The notes beneath the pieces are model-generated. The model was not told the DNA's origin and did not search any database. It saw only the letters and a list, made by a program, of their open reading frames with translations. Below, in pieces: positions 31,697 to 53,579 of a stretch of DNA of 64,000 nucleotides. The translations under genes and the position numbers were made by a program. The stretch's first letter is position 1. Each line of letters starts with the position of its first letter. This DNA comes from the human T2T-CHM13v2.0 reference genome, Homo sapiens: the NCBI RefSeq assembly GCF_009914755.1, contig NC_060926.1; one strand, written 5' to 3'.

Positions 31697-33770
31697 CTTT
31701 TATTTGTAGAAACTGGGCACAATGATAAATATCATCAATTGTCCAAAGGAATTCACAGCTAGAAATAAAGCAAGTATTTAAAATGTTAAGTTAAACACAC
31801 AGCATACCCACTATAGATGTTGCAATACTGCCTAAAAAATGTTATGAAATATTAATTTATTTGGATGCCACATATATGGAATTTGATTTCAGACAGTTAT
31901 TGGGATAGAGTCTACCTTTTTTTTTTTTTTTTTTTTTTTTTTGAGATGGAGACTCTCTGTGTTGCCCAGGCTGGAGTGCAGTGGCGAGATCTCAACTCAC
32001 TGCAACTTCTGCCTCCCGGGTTAAGCGATTCTTGTGGCTCAGCCTCCTGAGTAGCTGGGACTACAGGTGCGCACCACTATGCCTGGCTAATTTTTGTATT
32101 CTTGGTAGAGACGGGGTTTTGCTATGTTGGCCAGGCTGGTCTTGAACTCCTGGCCTCAAGTGATCTGCCCGCCTTGGCCTCCTAAACTGCTGGGATTATA
32201 GGCGTGAGCCATCGCACACCACCAAGCCCACCTTTTAAAAATCCATTCTTCAAAACCAGAACAGATCTAAAAGTGAAAAAGTTTGAAAAGCTTTTTAAAT
32301 GACAATGCAGTTTAGAAATGTATATTCTTACCACTTTGCAATTTTCTATCCTTTAAAATAGGTTCTCTATGTTGTTCTGGTAACAAAGTTTTACCATACT
32401 ACTTTCATACTATACACTTAAATAATTTCTACTATCCAGCTGTCTCCCAACTAAACTAGTTATCTGGAATAGAAGTGTTTTACAATGTTTAGAATATCAC
32501 CTTACAAGTAATAAGAGAAAGCCAGCTGAGTTATGAATAAGAAAATAAGGATTACAAGGTTATCTGTGACCTTTAGCAAATCACTTAATGATTCTAAGCC
32601 TTAATTTTCTTTTCTCTTAATTAGTTAATAATACCACCACTTTCTCACAGGATAGTCTATAGTATTACCATCTCACAGATAAGAAAACTAAGTGAAAAGA
32701 GGTTTAGTGATTTGCCCAATAGCTCAGAAGAAATATGGCCTAGAGTCCCTTTATCTTCAGATTTCTAGCCTCTATTACTAAACACTTCTGTTCAATGCCC
32801 AAATAAACATTTCTCCCTGACATTGTATACAAGTCCCTGAAGCTAGTTGACCTTCAATTCAGCTAGCTCCATAACCACTTCTTTCAGTTGCTTTTCTATG
32901 ACTCTCGAATGTTTTATAATAGACTCAACAATATTATATTCTAAATCAACTTACTGGACAATGATTACACAAATTTTTATTCTTTTAAGTTGAAATGGTA
33001 AAAGTATAATTTCAAACTGACATATTTTAACCAGGTTACAGTTAGATACTTGCCAATGTATAAAACTACTTCTTTTCCACCCCCAAAAAGGTTACCTATG
33101 TCACACTTCTCATATTTTTTAACCATAAACGTAAACACAAAATAATACCAGTATCAAGTAAGCACACTCACTCTGCAAAATTATTCATATATTGTAATTA
33201 GCATAAGGCATAGCTATCTTGGAGTTTCTCAGAAAAGTAACAAAGTGCCTAACTGTAAAATACTTTTACTCACAAAGTAATTTTTAAGGACAGAAACACC
33301 TATAATCTGTCCTGAAAAACTCTAAGGTTTATAACTATAATGAATGTTTCAAGTCTTATTTAAGTTGCAATCTAAATATTATTAATCATTTAGTATTTGC
33401 TTAGTACTCAAATTTCTAAAATGTGGTTGTAGAAAATCCAGGAACTTTAATGATTAAACTATAAATTTCTATCTGAATTATGACAGTAAGTAAATCTAAA
33501 AACCCTCTTGAGATGCTAAAAATAACTACCAAAAAGGTGGGTGAAGGGGGTAGATTCATATGAATCACTTGTTATTCTCAAAATATACATCATTCCACTA
33601 TTCTGGAACTAGTGTATGGTGTCTAGCAGTGTTCTGTACACAACCAACCTACATATTTTGGTTTGAAGTAGAATTATATCCTTCAATGTCAAGTTTCTAA
33701 CCATCACACCCTAAGACTGTGATCAGAATTTTTAATATTTGAAATTAATGGCAACAACAATATCAGTTAA

Positions 33771-36190
<2,420 letters not shown>

Positions 36191-37949
36191 TGAACAATAA
36201 TGACCACCTTATTTGAATGTTTTCTACTAATGGCTATTTACACTCAGGTTTGGGTGTCAGAATTTTAAATCTTGGGAAATGTTTTTCTTAAATTTTCACC
36301 TCACTCCAAGACACATTAAAATAATGCAATAAAATAGATCTGGATTCAAAATATGGCTCAACCACATACTAGCTATGCAATCTTGAGCAGATTACTTAAA
36401 CTCTGCACGCCTCAGTTATTGCATTTGCAAAATGGTAAAAATATCTACACTTCATAGAATTGTTGTATAAATTAAATGAAATTATGTATCATTTGGCACA
36501 GTGTCCGACACATAGTAGTAACTGCTTAATTGTAGCCATTATTATTACCAGAAAACACATGTATTTATATGAAACACATTTCTAACTTCTTATAAAGAAA
36601 GCACCTATTTCATAATTCTAAAATTGGAAAATTATATTAGTTTGTATTTTTACAAAAATAGATTGCTCTCATTTTCTCTAGTATAAGAAATAGAGCAAAA
36701 AATTCTGTAGACTCTGCCATTAAATAACCTTGTAGGTCTTTGAAGGAAACAGCAAAGGAAGTTCTATGTTTATCAAATTCCAAAGTTAAGTATAAGCTAT
36801 TTAATCACCATCAACAGTACCTCCATAACATATTATACTATACAATTGAAGAGTAAAGGTGATTTATTCTAGAATTCTAACTTTCAAATGTCCTAACTGA
36901 AAAGACAATTCTGAAATAGCCCAAGCCACATTTATTGCTCCTCAAAAAGAATTTTAATGAAAAGTACACCTCTATTATATATTAAGCACTCTTAATATAT
37001 AATGATTAGTGCTTGCTTTCATGGTAAGTCAATTTTCATCTGAACTAAATACCACCAAAAAATTACTATTTGATTATAAATGTTTCTATGTGAAGTCATA
37101 TATTTTTAATAGCCATATAACTTCTCCTTTTCTTGTATTTTCTTGTTTATATAACATATAAACACTATATAAGTTTACTAACATCATTACTGAGCTGATC
37201 TCAATAGATAACAGACAACCTTAAAATTCTAATTTAAACGCACCACTCCTGTTTAAGAAAATGTGTTAAAAGTCAACTTGGTCTTCTGGGGGCTGCTGAG
37301 GAAAAGAAATGAGCATTCCCTGCCAGTTTGAACATATTCCTGAAACCAAGCTTACTCACACCCACCAAACCGCTGTTGAATAGAGTCAATTTTGTCAATG
37401 CTGACACCCAGGCCATAAAGAAAGGAGGAAACAGTAGACACCGAGCAACACACACCGGAGGCCAACTGGGAAAAGCAGAACACGGAAAACTCAGTGATTC
37501 ACGGGTCTTGCTTAGTACTGTGAAAGCACCATCAGCAAAGCTGAGTTGACCAATTTCAACTCTTTCTCAATCCGTAAACTATGAACTGACGGAATTTAGA
37601 TTTGTTTTTCTCCTCCTACCACGCCTCTGATACAATGCACCTTCGCCCTTCCCCTCCACCCCACAGCCCACCATCCCTGAAATAAGGACAATGGTTGGAG
37701 AGTCTCTTCTCTAAGTAGCACGTACTCCACGCCCACACGCTAGAGCCCGGCAGCATGACACTGACAGTTTTCAGTCCCTTCTGGTCTTTCTAACTCTTGG
37801 AGCCTCCGCACAACTCAGAAAGAGAAGCGGAGAGAACGCTCAAAGCGGACAGCTGAGCGTAGGAAATGCTAGTTTGGGACCTTCTGACCTCTTTGCCCCA
37901 CCTGTGTCGAGATAAGCTCGACACAAGTGGGCCAAAGAGCTGGGGCTCA

Positions 37950-39010
37950 AGCCAGTCACCACCCGGAATCTCCTAGAACCGAGCTGGAGAAACTACCAGC
38001 CCTAGAGGGGAAACAAGGGTTTCAAGACTCCAGCGCCACCACTGCCAGTGTGCTGGGAAATCCAGGGAACAAGGCGGCGAGCCTGGGTCTGCGCGGACCA
38101 CCGCGCAGCCTGACTAGCAGCCGCCGCAGAGCTCTAGGCCACTTGGCAGGAGGCGGGGGCACCAAGGAGAGGCAAGCGGGGAACCCGCAGCTTATTTCCC
38201 AGGGGCACAGCTCAGCATGCCTCCCCGCTGCAGAGCCCTCCCAACTGCCCTCGCCTTGAGCGTTCTACCTGCAAGAAGCGGGCGCAGCCCGGCCCGGGCG
38301 TCCACCCCCGCCAGTCTCGGCCGCCACCGCCCAGCCTGCCTCCAGAGCAGGCAGCAGCCGCCACTGACAGAGAGACAAGCCGGGCCAACTCCTTCCCATG
38401 AAACCCCGCGCTCCAGCCGCTCGCCAATTGGCGCCGCGGTCGGCGCGCGCCGCTCCCCCGTCACGTGACCGTACCCTGGGCGGGTAGTTGTTGGGGCGGG
38501 TCGGCCGGGAGGTTAGGATCTTGTGTTTGTGGCCTCCGCAGCCAGCTTAGGCTGCTCGGTGTCGTGTCGCAGTTATGTACTGCCATTTATTATGACTCTT
38601 AGAATATAGTTATTTCTTACTCTTCCGCTGCCTCCTTTGCTTTTAAAGCCTGTTCTGCCAAGTCTCGCTGGAGAAGGAAACCCCTGAAACTGGTCCTGGT
38701 GGTCTCAGACCGCCGCGCGAGCGAAGAGTGGGGAGGACAAAGGTTGGGGAGTTGAGAAGGATGGAGATGGGTGCATCTGGAAGGGAGTCCGTCCTGAGGA
38801 GTCCCCCATCAGCTGTCAGCCAGCCAGCAGCAAAGCAAATTAAGACTACACAGCTCCGAAGAAGCCAGTTCCCAACCAAGCCAGTGGAGAAAAGTCAGCC
38901 CGGTCCCCAGGAGTGCTTGAGGCTCTGTCACTCTTGGACGTCAAAAAGGGTCATTTGATGACTGGACGCTTACCTCACCGGTGTGAGGTAAGCTTCAAAC
39001 GCCGTATCAT
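37950..39010. promoter_or_regulatory. CpG island / LNPK promoter
   Basis: The only non-Alu CpG-dense stretch in the window. Contains CGCCAATTGGCG (38422-38433), GTCACGTGAC (38460-38469) and GGGCGGG boxes near 38478 and 38494. Confidence 0.9.
38269..38420 (-). other. LNPK: LNPK first exon (5' UTR for canonical isoform; TSS end approximate)
   Basis: GC-rich segment in the CpG island ending in donor TTGCAG|gtagaa (GT = 38268-38267). It sits just downstream of CCAAT/E-box/GC-box motifs on the minus strand. Confidence 0.7.
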
Positions 39011-40264
39011 GTTGCTTTAAAACCTGCGGGTAACAGCATAAGCTGAGTTTTCTATCTTAGAACTCTTAACCCCAAGAACACTCTTCACAGGCCCTGATAG
39101 GTGGACCCACAAAAAAACCACTCAGGCTATATTTGACTCGGATTTGAAACGCTGCCGAAACGGTATTAAGTGTCCTCCTCAACTGGAAAAGACAAATAAC
39201 AAATGATGCCTGAATGAGAAAAAGACTAGACGTGCACACAGTAATGTGTGAGCAGGGAAACTTCAGCGAAGGTTTTTATCATGCTTTACCCCTTTTACAT
39301 GCTTTACCCCATGTGCAAACATTTTTCATGGGTTTTTTTCTATTTTTTATTTATTTTTATTCTATTTTTTTATTTATACACAAAAAAGTTTCAATGATTT
39401 TTTAAAGAGTAATAGTTTTAATATGTTACATTTAAACTTTGACGATGCAAACAGGTTGTCAAGAGAAGCAACTGAGCATTGTTTGGTTGGTAAGAAAATT
39501 TATTATACTAGAAGCTACCGCATAATTCACTGTGCAATTTGCTTGCCCTAATTGCCTAAATATTTAGTTACAGTTCTGTACACTTGCAAGGATGAGGGGA
39601 AGGGAACTGAAGTTTAGCGTGTCACTGTGGATCAGGCACTTTCCAAATGTAGAAGAAAATGAACAGAAACATTTCACCTGTTTTGATGTGGAAATTTAAC
39701 CGTTTTGTTTTTCAACCTTTGCTGTTGCAAAGTATTAAAGTCCTGTGCAGTTTTGCAAATATATCTCACCGCAGAAAGATCTCCTTTCCTAAGAAGACTG
39801 GGAAGAACGGCTTTCCACTTGCCAGTAATGTGTCCTCTGGTTTCAATTGAGCCATCAGTGTCTGTACTCCAGCCTGGGCTACCAAGCGATACCCCACCTC
39901 TGAAAAAAGGGTAGCAAGGGGACAGAGAAGAGCTGTCTGGATACACGAGATTCCAAAAACCTAATCCTGAGATAAAATTCCCTAGGGAATTGCTCTACCG
40001 AGAGTAGAGATTTGACCTGGAAAGAGAAGGGAGAGAAGTATTTAATCATTAACTCTTTTAATCCTCCCAACAACCTTTTTAGTATCATTTTTCAAATGAG
40101 GAAACTGAAATGTAGAAAGATTATGTACACTGTTGAAGGTAACACTAAGCCACTGCCTCCTTCATATCAAGAATAGTTGTTCATCGAGCAAATAAAGTGA
40201 GGGAAAGACATTACAAGCAGAGAAATCAACATACACACTATTGTGGCTGGACTTCAGGCTACAG

Positions 40265-41460
40265 GGTGGTTCCAAATATTTATTGACAAGGCCCTGTGTT
40301 ACGTGCTGAGGATACAGAGATAAATAAACCAGCTGTCCTAAAGCCGCTGACACTAGTGAGAGAAACCTTAAAAAAAATACAATGCAGACTAAATAAGTGC
40401 TGTGATAGAGGCTAATGTTCACGGTATTGGAAAATGATAAGAAAACAGCAGCCGGAGAGAATGTGAGAAAGCCAGTGAAGGTGCTGCTTTAGCAGAGTCC
40501 AAATGTCAAGAGTTATCCCCTACTAACCCTGAAATTGTTCTGGGATAGGGTCTAAAGAATGAAATCCAAAGAACAACAGAGAAGAACACCAGAGAATACT
40601 TGGAGAGAGGAAACAAATTGCTCTAACCAATGGAGTTTTAAATGGTCTAGTTTAAAATAGGTTGAATTTACCTAGGTGTTATGAGAACTTAAGAACTTAC
40701 ATAAGTGGCATTCATTGGTATGGTCAAAGAGGTTAGGTAAGGCTTCTTTGAGGAAGTCACACCAGAATGGAGATCCAAAAGATGAGAAACTGAAAAAGGG
40801 AGAGTGGGAAACAGAGGGAATATCATGTGTAAAGCCTTTTTGTCAGAAGGGAACACTGCAAGCCTGAGGGACTGAAAGGAGGCTATTGTGGCTAGAGCCT
40901 AGGTTGCAGGGAGAAAGTGCACCAGTTTGAAGCTGGAGACCAGATTAAGCAGAGTCTTATTGGCCATATTAAGAACTGTAATCTTAAGAGAAAAAGGGAG
41001 GGGGAGGGCATTTGACATGATTGGATCTGTGTTTTGAAAAGATCATTCCAGCTGCAGTGTGGGAACACAAGCAGAGCCAGCACTGGACTAATTAAATCTA
41101 TGAGTGGTGTTAGTGTTGGTAGGCATGCAAGTGGCTTGGGGTAGGAACAAGGAGATGGACAGAAGTGGGGGAAATGGAACAATAGGAAGTAAAGTGGAAG
41201 GTCTTGGTGATGGATTCAAATATCATGGGGTGGGATGGGGACTGAGGGAGAGGGAGGAGTCAGATAACTCAGAATTTCTAGCAGACCCAGTGGGTGGATA
41301 GTAATGCCATCATTGAGATATGGAGGACACTGGAAGAGAGCCAGGTTTGGGGGAAGAGGGTAATTTCAATTTGAACACGTTAAGTTTAAGATATTTTTGT
41401 GACTTCAAGGGAAGATGTAAACATTGGAATCTTTAGGTCTGCAGCACTGGGCTGGAGAAA
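40265..41460 (+). mobile_element. L2 LINE remnants
   Basis: L2-like text (tatttattga...gtgctgaggataca; ggagaccagatt...ggccatattaag). Confidence 0.65.
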
Positions 41461-42444
41461 AAAATATATATTACCATTTGCAATTTTTTGTTTTCTGCAG
41501 GGTACTTATTTTTTCAAAATACATATGTCTTTATTGTAAATAAGATGTTTTGTTTTTAAACATATTTAGACGCACTTGAACCCAGGAGCCAGAGGGTTGC
41601 AGTGAGCTGAGATGTCACCATTGCACTCCAACCTGGGCAACAAGAGCAAAACTCAGTCTCAAAAAATAAATAAAAATATATTGAGAACAGAATTTTAAAC
41701 TAGAGCAGTTTCCCAGACTTCTCTGAGAGTCACCAGTGTCCCTTATCAAAAACTCAAATTCTCAGGCCCATCCCCTAGAGATTCTGATTTCACTTGTCTG
41801 GTATAGGGGGCCTGGAAATGTGGATTTTTTGACAAATGCCACTGGAGATTCTTCTTATTGCTGAGTTTCTCTGGGAAGTGGTATGCCAGTGCCAGAGGCT
41901 ACCTGCATAAGAGTCACCACAGTGCTTATTGAAATATAGATTCTCGGGCCCTGCAGACTAAATCTATAGGGATAGAAGGGTTGTGAGGAATGGAAAAAGG
42001 AACATGGTACCATGTCAGGTGGTCCAAGACCTCACCCTTCATCTTTGACAGAGATGTTCTGCGCGTCCCACTGGGCAGCCCAGAGGAAAGTGGATGTCCC
42101 TTGCTGGGTGATGCGTATTTAGGCAGCAGGCAGCCCTCACAGTCTGCAATGATAACAGCTCTTAACCTAGGCCTTCTGCCCTGTCCACTGACATGGCACT
42201 CAGCCCACTTAGATAGTCTCTTTTTCCACCATTCTTATCAAGGCCCATTGTTCCCTCCTGGCCCCCAAATCTTTTTCAATGTTATTTCCAGCACCCTGTC
42301 TTTTTACTCCTGGTTCAGGTGTTTTTCAGCCAATCTCTGTGGCCAGAGCTGGGAGAGAAATTGGGTCAAATGCTATGTTTCAGTCTTGACAAGGCTTTTT
42401 TGTTCTTGAGAACCGACTTTGGAAGTGTTTTTAAAGACTGAGCT

Positions 42445-42990
42445 GTGTCAGGGAGGAAAAACTTTTCCTCTGCGCTCTCTTGTTTCCTCTTTGGGGGCCT
42501 GCAAATTAAAACAACAAAGATAGCAAGAGAAAAAAGACATTTAATTACATATGTACACACACACAGAGAGAGGGAGAAAGAAAGAGAAATTCACAAATAA
42601 CTGACCCTAGGTGGTTAGAATTTGGAGCTTATATACCATCTTAATAGGGGACAAAGAAGGGCAGAGAGGCCCTTCTAGGAGAGTAAATGACTTCTTCAAA
42701 GGAAGTGAGGGAGAGACAAAGCATTTAGAGAAAACAAAACACTTTTTGGAAAGATAAATGGACTTTTAGGAGAATAGATGGAAGATACGATAGTTTTGTA
42801 GCAATGTCTGGGTGTGGTGCAGATGTCTCCTCAGAGAAGAAAATATTAGAATTGCTCCCCAGGAGGGGATTTATTACAATTGAGGTCTTTTGGGAGGCTT
42901 TACTTTTAGGCACATAAGGGATTTCAGGAACTCAAGTCCTTCAGCTCAAAATAACTTTTATGCCATGGTAGCTTATTCTGAACCCCTTCA
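42445..42990 (-). mobile_element. ERV1 solo LTR, MER34/MER39-like
   Basis: The minus strand begins TGAAGGGGTTCAGAATA...ttattttgagctgaagg. Confidence 0.65.
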
Positions 42991-43169
42991 ATTATTTGTT
43001 CTTGTAGTCTTGCTGTAGCAATCCCAAGTCTCTTTGAGACACTGTAGATGCTTTGGAATAGAGGAAGAATCAGAACATATGAAGAAAAGAAATGATTAGA
43101 ATGATTTGTTGGTGATGGCAAGCATACAGAAAAGTTTCTAAAACTGAAGTATACTATTTAGCACGATAA

Positions 43170-43640
43170 CACACTCATGTAACCCCATATGGGCCAAAGT
43201 AGAACATTCAACACTCCAAAAGGCCCCAATGTGCTCCTTCCCTTATAACCTTCAAGTGCCTAGAGATGGCCACATCATGATTATTACCATATTTACTTTC
43301 TTGTTTTTCTTTCTGGTTTTACTGCCTAATTACTCATCCTTAAACAATATTATTTTTGAGCTCTATGTAAATGGAATCACAGAGTTTTTCATTTACATGT
43401 CTTGAACTTTTTTGATCAATCTGTCTTTAAGATTTACCCATGTTGATATGGCTGTAGTTTATTCATTTTCATTGCTGTAGGTTACTATATTGCATTGGTG
43501 TATCATAATTTATTCTACTGCTGATGGACATATAGGCTATTTCTAGCTTTAGGCTATTATAAGCAATGCTGCTGTGAAAGTTTGTGTAAACACACACACA
43601 TATGTATGTTCTCTTTAAGTACATGTGTGTGTGTGTGTGA

Positions 43641-43679
<39 letters not shown>

Positions 43680-44929
43680 CTAGAGCATATAAACACAGAT
43701 TTCTTTGGAGTCTTTACCTTGGTATGTAATTCCTGGTTTGTAGAGCATGTATATATTAATATATTCAGTTTTACAAGATCGTGCCAAAATTTTCCAAAAT
43801 GATTGTACCAATTTATATAACCAACAACAATATACAAAAGTTTCTGTTGCACTACATCCTCACCAACACTTGATATTGTCAGACATTTTAAGTTTTATTA
43901 CTGTAATGAATGTGTAATGCTGTTTTATTGTGGCTCTATTTTGCATTTCCCTGATTTTTAATGAAGAATAGCCCCTTTTTATATGAGTGTTGTCTAATTG
44001 TTTAGGTCTTTCCCCATTTTTCTGTTGGGTTGTTTGTATTTTTCTTACTTTTTGTATTAATCTGTTATATAATGTTGAAACAAGTTTTATTGATTATATG
44101 TGCTACAAATGTTTTTCCCACTTTGTGGCTTGTACTTTCACTGTCTTAATGTCTTTTGATGAAACCAAGTTGTCAGTGGAGTAGAATTCATCACTCTTCC
44201 CTTATGATTAATGATATCTGTATCCTATTTAAGAAATATTTTCCAACCCTAAGATCATTAAGACTTTTATATTGTCTTCTAAAATTTTATTGCTTTGCTT
44301 TTTAAATTTTGGTCTAGGCAGACCTGCAATTAATGTTCTTACATATGGAGAAAGGGAGGTATATATAGATCCCCAACCCCTTCCATGTGGAAAATTAGAC
44401 TAGCACCATTTGTTGAAAGATGGTCCTCTCTGCCCTACCCTGCAGTGCCATCTTGATCATGAACCAAGTAGTCATATAAGTATGGAGTTGTTTCTGACCT
44501 TGGTATTCTTTCCATTAGTCTATTATCTTTTTTTGTATGTTGCTGGATTCAATATACTCACATTTTGTTTAAGATTTCAGGGGATCTCACAAATAAGACT
44601 GACCTGTAATTTTCCTTTTGGTAATGTCTTTCTCTGAATTTGGTATCAAATTATGCTAGCTACCTTCATTAAATGAGTTGGGGAATACACTTTCTTTTTC
44701 CTATTCAGTTGTCTTTTTTACCCATTTATTCTTCTTGTTTTTGGAATCAAGTTGTCAAGAACCCCCAAAACTCTATGTGGATTTTTATTAAAATTTCTGT
44801 TTGTATATTAATTTCAGGGAAAACAATATTCTTCTATATGAGCCTTTCCTTTCAGTAATCTGCATTTATTCAAGTGTCCTCATATATGTTTTCCAAAAAT
44901 TTTATCATTTTCATTATATAGGTCATGTA

Positions 44930-44930
<1 letters not shown>
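43170..44930 (-). mobile_element. Old L1M (antisense) containing (TG)n/(TA)n microsatellites at ~43624-43676
   Basis: Antisense L1 3' region text (catcctcaccaacacttgatattgtcaga; ttgcatttccctgat). Confidence 0.7.
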
Positions 44931-45895
<965 letters not shown>

Positions 45896-47599
45896 TATAT
45901 TTTATCAGGCAAAAATATTTTGGGTAGCTCATCAGGTAGGCCTTTAAGTAGAATGAGTCCATGAAGGTCACACTACTCAAATCCTGTGGCTGAGATTGTT
46001 TCACCTTTTAGAATTTTGACTAAAAATGCATACGCTGTATATATAAGGCAGATGGTACTTGGAGCTGCTATCAGCTACCTCCTGAAAGTGGGCTTGGTAG
46101 ACAAGATAGATAGTACTTGGGAAAAGAAGGAAGTAAATAGAGGAAAAACACAGCACCAAAAGCCAAGAGCATGGAGTAAGAGCAGAATGAGCAGCATGGC
46201 TTCTCAGCCTCTGTTTGCTCACTTCTGATTTGGACCCATCCATCACACTCTCCTGAAATAAATGTGTGCTAAATGTGGTTCACATGTTCCACTTAAAAAG
46301 AGAGAAAATAAAGTCTAGATCTCTGTGAAGTAACTCTGCAAATATTGAATGTATTTCGACACTGACATTTTTCAAGTCTAACATTAAAGATTTCTATTGT
46401 CATAAATAATGCATAAATCCAGAGACCGTTTGTGTCTGAAAGGCATGATTTAAAATTAGAACACAAGGTGTCCTGGCATGTATACCTGTCTCAAAACTCC
46501 ATGTGAGCTCAATCTAGTTATCAAAAAAGAGAAGAACAATTCCTTCTTACAATTAAAAAAAAGTTCTCATTCTGATAATATATATATATTAGCTAAGTAG
46601 GTTAAAAATATACATTCTTGGCTTTGTGCTCAGTAACTCCAAAAGGTGACATTCTAATGCTTCCTAAAAAATAAATGATACACATGACAAATCAGGTAGC
46701 TGGTGAAACTTGAGTCTTCCCTAGAATGCCTGTAAAGCTTACACATAAAATAAGGAAGATGTAGCTTTAGCTAATTCAGACTGAAATTTATTGTTAATAG
46801 GAGTCATAAGAGTGCATGGTATTTCACAAAACATAAAATATAAAAGACAGATTTCCTGCCCTGAGGAGCTTAGTGAAACATGTGCAGACAGTAGGTAACA
46901 GGAAAAATATTAAGTCATGGTGATTTACAAAGTGGTCACCAATGGAAGACCGAGTACAAGAAGATGCCTTATAAAAATGTCTGGTTTTTGGAAAAAGATC
47001 TTGCAAAAGCTTGAAGAAAGAATGAAAAAGAGATGAGTGAAATGAGAGTTCTAAAAATGATGAAAGAGGAAAAACTGACTGGAGAGGTGGAGAAAAAGGC
47101 TCAGGCTGCTGTGAGACATGAACCAATATATGAATTATAGAATATAGGACTGATTTGACAAACCTCTGAAAATAGACAACCGGAAATTCTAACTATACAT
47201 CTCATTTCTTATAAAACTTAAGAGATAGTTTTCTCAAATAATAGGCACTAGACCAAACTTCTTGTTCAAGCCATATTATATGTCTATAAGATATGTACAT
47301 ATAAATAAAATTCCATGTAGATCTGTATACTGCTGAATTGTGAATAATTTTAAAAGTTTGATTTTTTTGAGTTATAGTGTGAAAGTAACTTCCCCTTAGA
47401 AGGTATATTCAAAAGCGCTAGTTTTCTTTATACATACATATGTTACAGAAAATACCCAATGCTATAGCAATACTGAAATCAGAACCAATATTTCCCTACA
47501 AGATAAAGACCAAATTCCTGTACAGTATATTCAAGGCCTGTATCATCTCCAGACTCCACCTTTGTGGACCAGACTTCTCTTTATTCCTACAATAGGCTG

Positions 47600-52930
<5,331 letters not shown>

Positions 52931-52936
52931 ATTTCT

Positions 52937-53578
52937 AACTAGGTGGTGGCCACTGCACAAACTAGATTCTGCTCACTCTGGGCCTCACTCCACTTCCTCT
53001 GTGACAGATCATATGACACATGATATGTCAAGACATATCATGTCTGACAAACCTGATATGGCTGAGATCAAGAAATTTGATGTCAAAAATAGAAGAAGAC
53101 AGAATTGCAAGAGAAAAATCCACTGCCTTCCGAAGAAACAATAGAACAGGAGAAGCAGGCAGACAAATCTTACGGAGGCATGCGCCGCCAATATGCACTG
53201 TACATTCAACGAGAATTGCCTTCTTATTTTACTTATTTTAGCTGTTAATTTTGTAAGATGCAAAGAGGTTGGATCAACTTTTAAAGGACTTTGCTGCCCT
53301 TTTCACATCAAACAATAGAAAACTGCTGACGATGAAGGCCACACCTACCTCTCCCATCTGCTTGTCTGGCTGTCAAGGAAGGAAAATAACTTGCATGTTG
53401 GTGAAGGAAGAAGAAGAGTAGGAAGACAGGTAAATCTAGAGTAAAACCAAGCTGCCCCAAGGTGTCCTGCAGGTTCTCAAATGCAGTTTAAATGAAGTTT
53501 AATTAGAGTGCCATTTTTCTTGTTCAAATGATTTTAATTATTAGAATGCACAAACTTTATTTTAAAATAAACAGTTTT
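52937..53578 (+). pseudogene. Thymosin beta-4 (TMSB4X-like) processed pseudogene
   Basis: 5' UTR-like ggtggtggccactgc; ATG at 53040 gives MSDKPDMAEIKKFD, then a frameshift. The shifted frame reads [27 protein letters not shown]4-like 3' UTR with AATAAA at 53566. Confidence 0.92.
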
Positions 53579-53579
53579 A

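Noticed and set aside
37927-38958. Several GC-rich ORFs at the promoter
   Set aside because: Open frames are expected by chance in a CpG island and I recognise no homology. Only the spliced frame from ATG 38399, which is not in the track, links to LNPK.
41990-42409. 139-aa ORF
   Set aside because: No recognisable domain, and it lies among repeat remnants; probably chance.
53020-53241. 73-aa ORF over the thymosin retrocopy
   Set aside because: It is out of frame with thymosin beta-4; the true frame is frameshifted after KFD.
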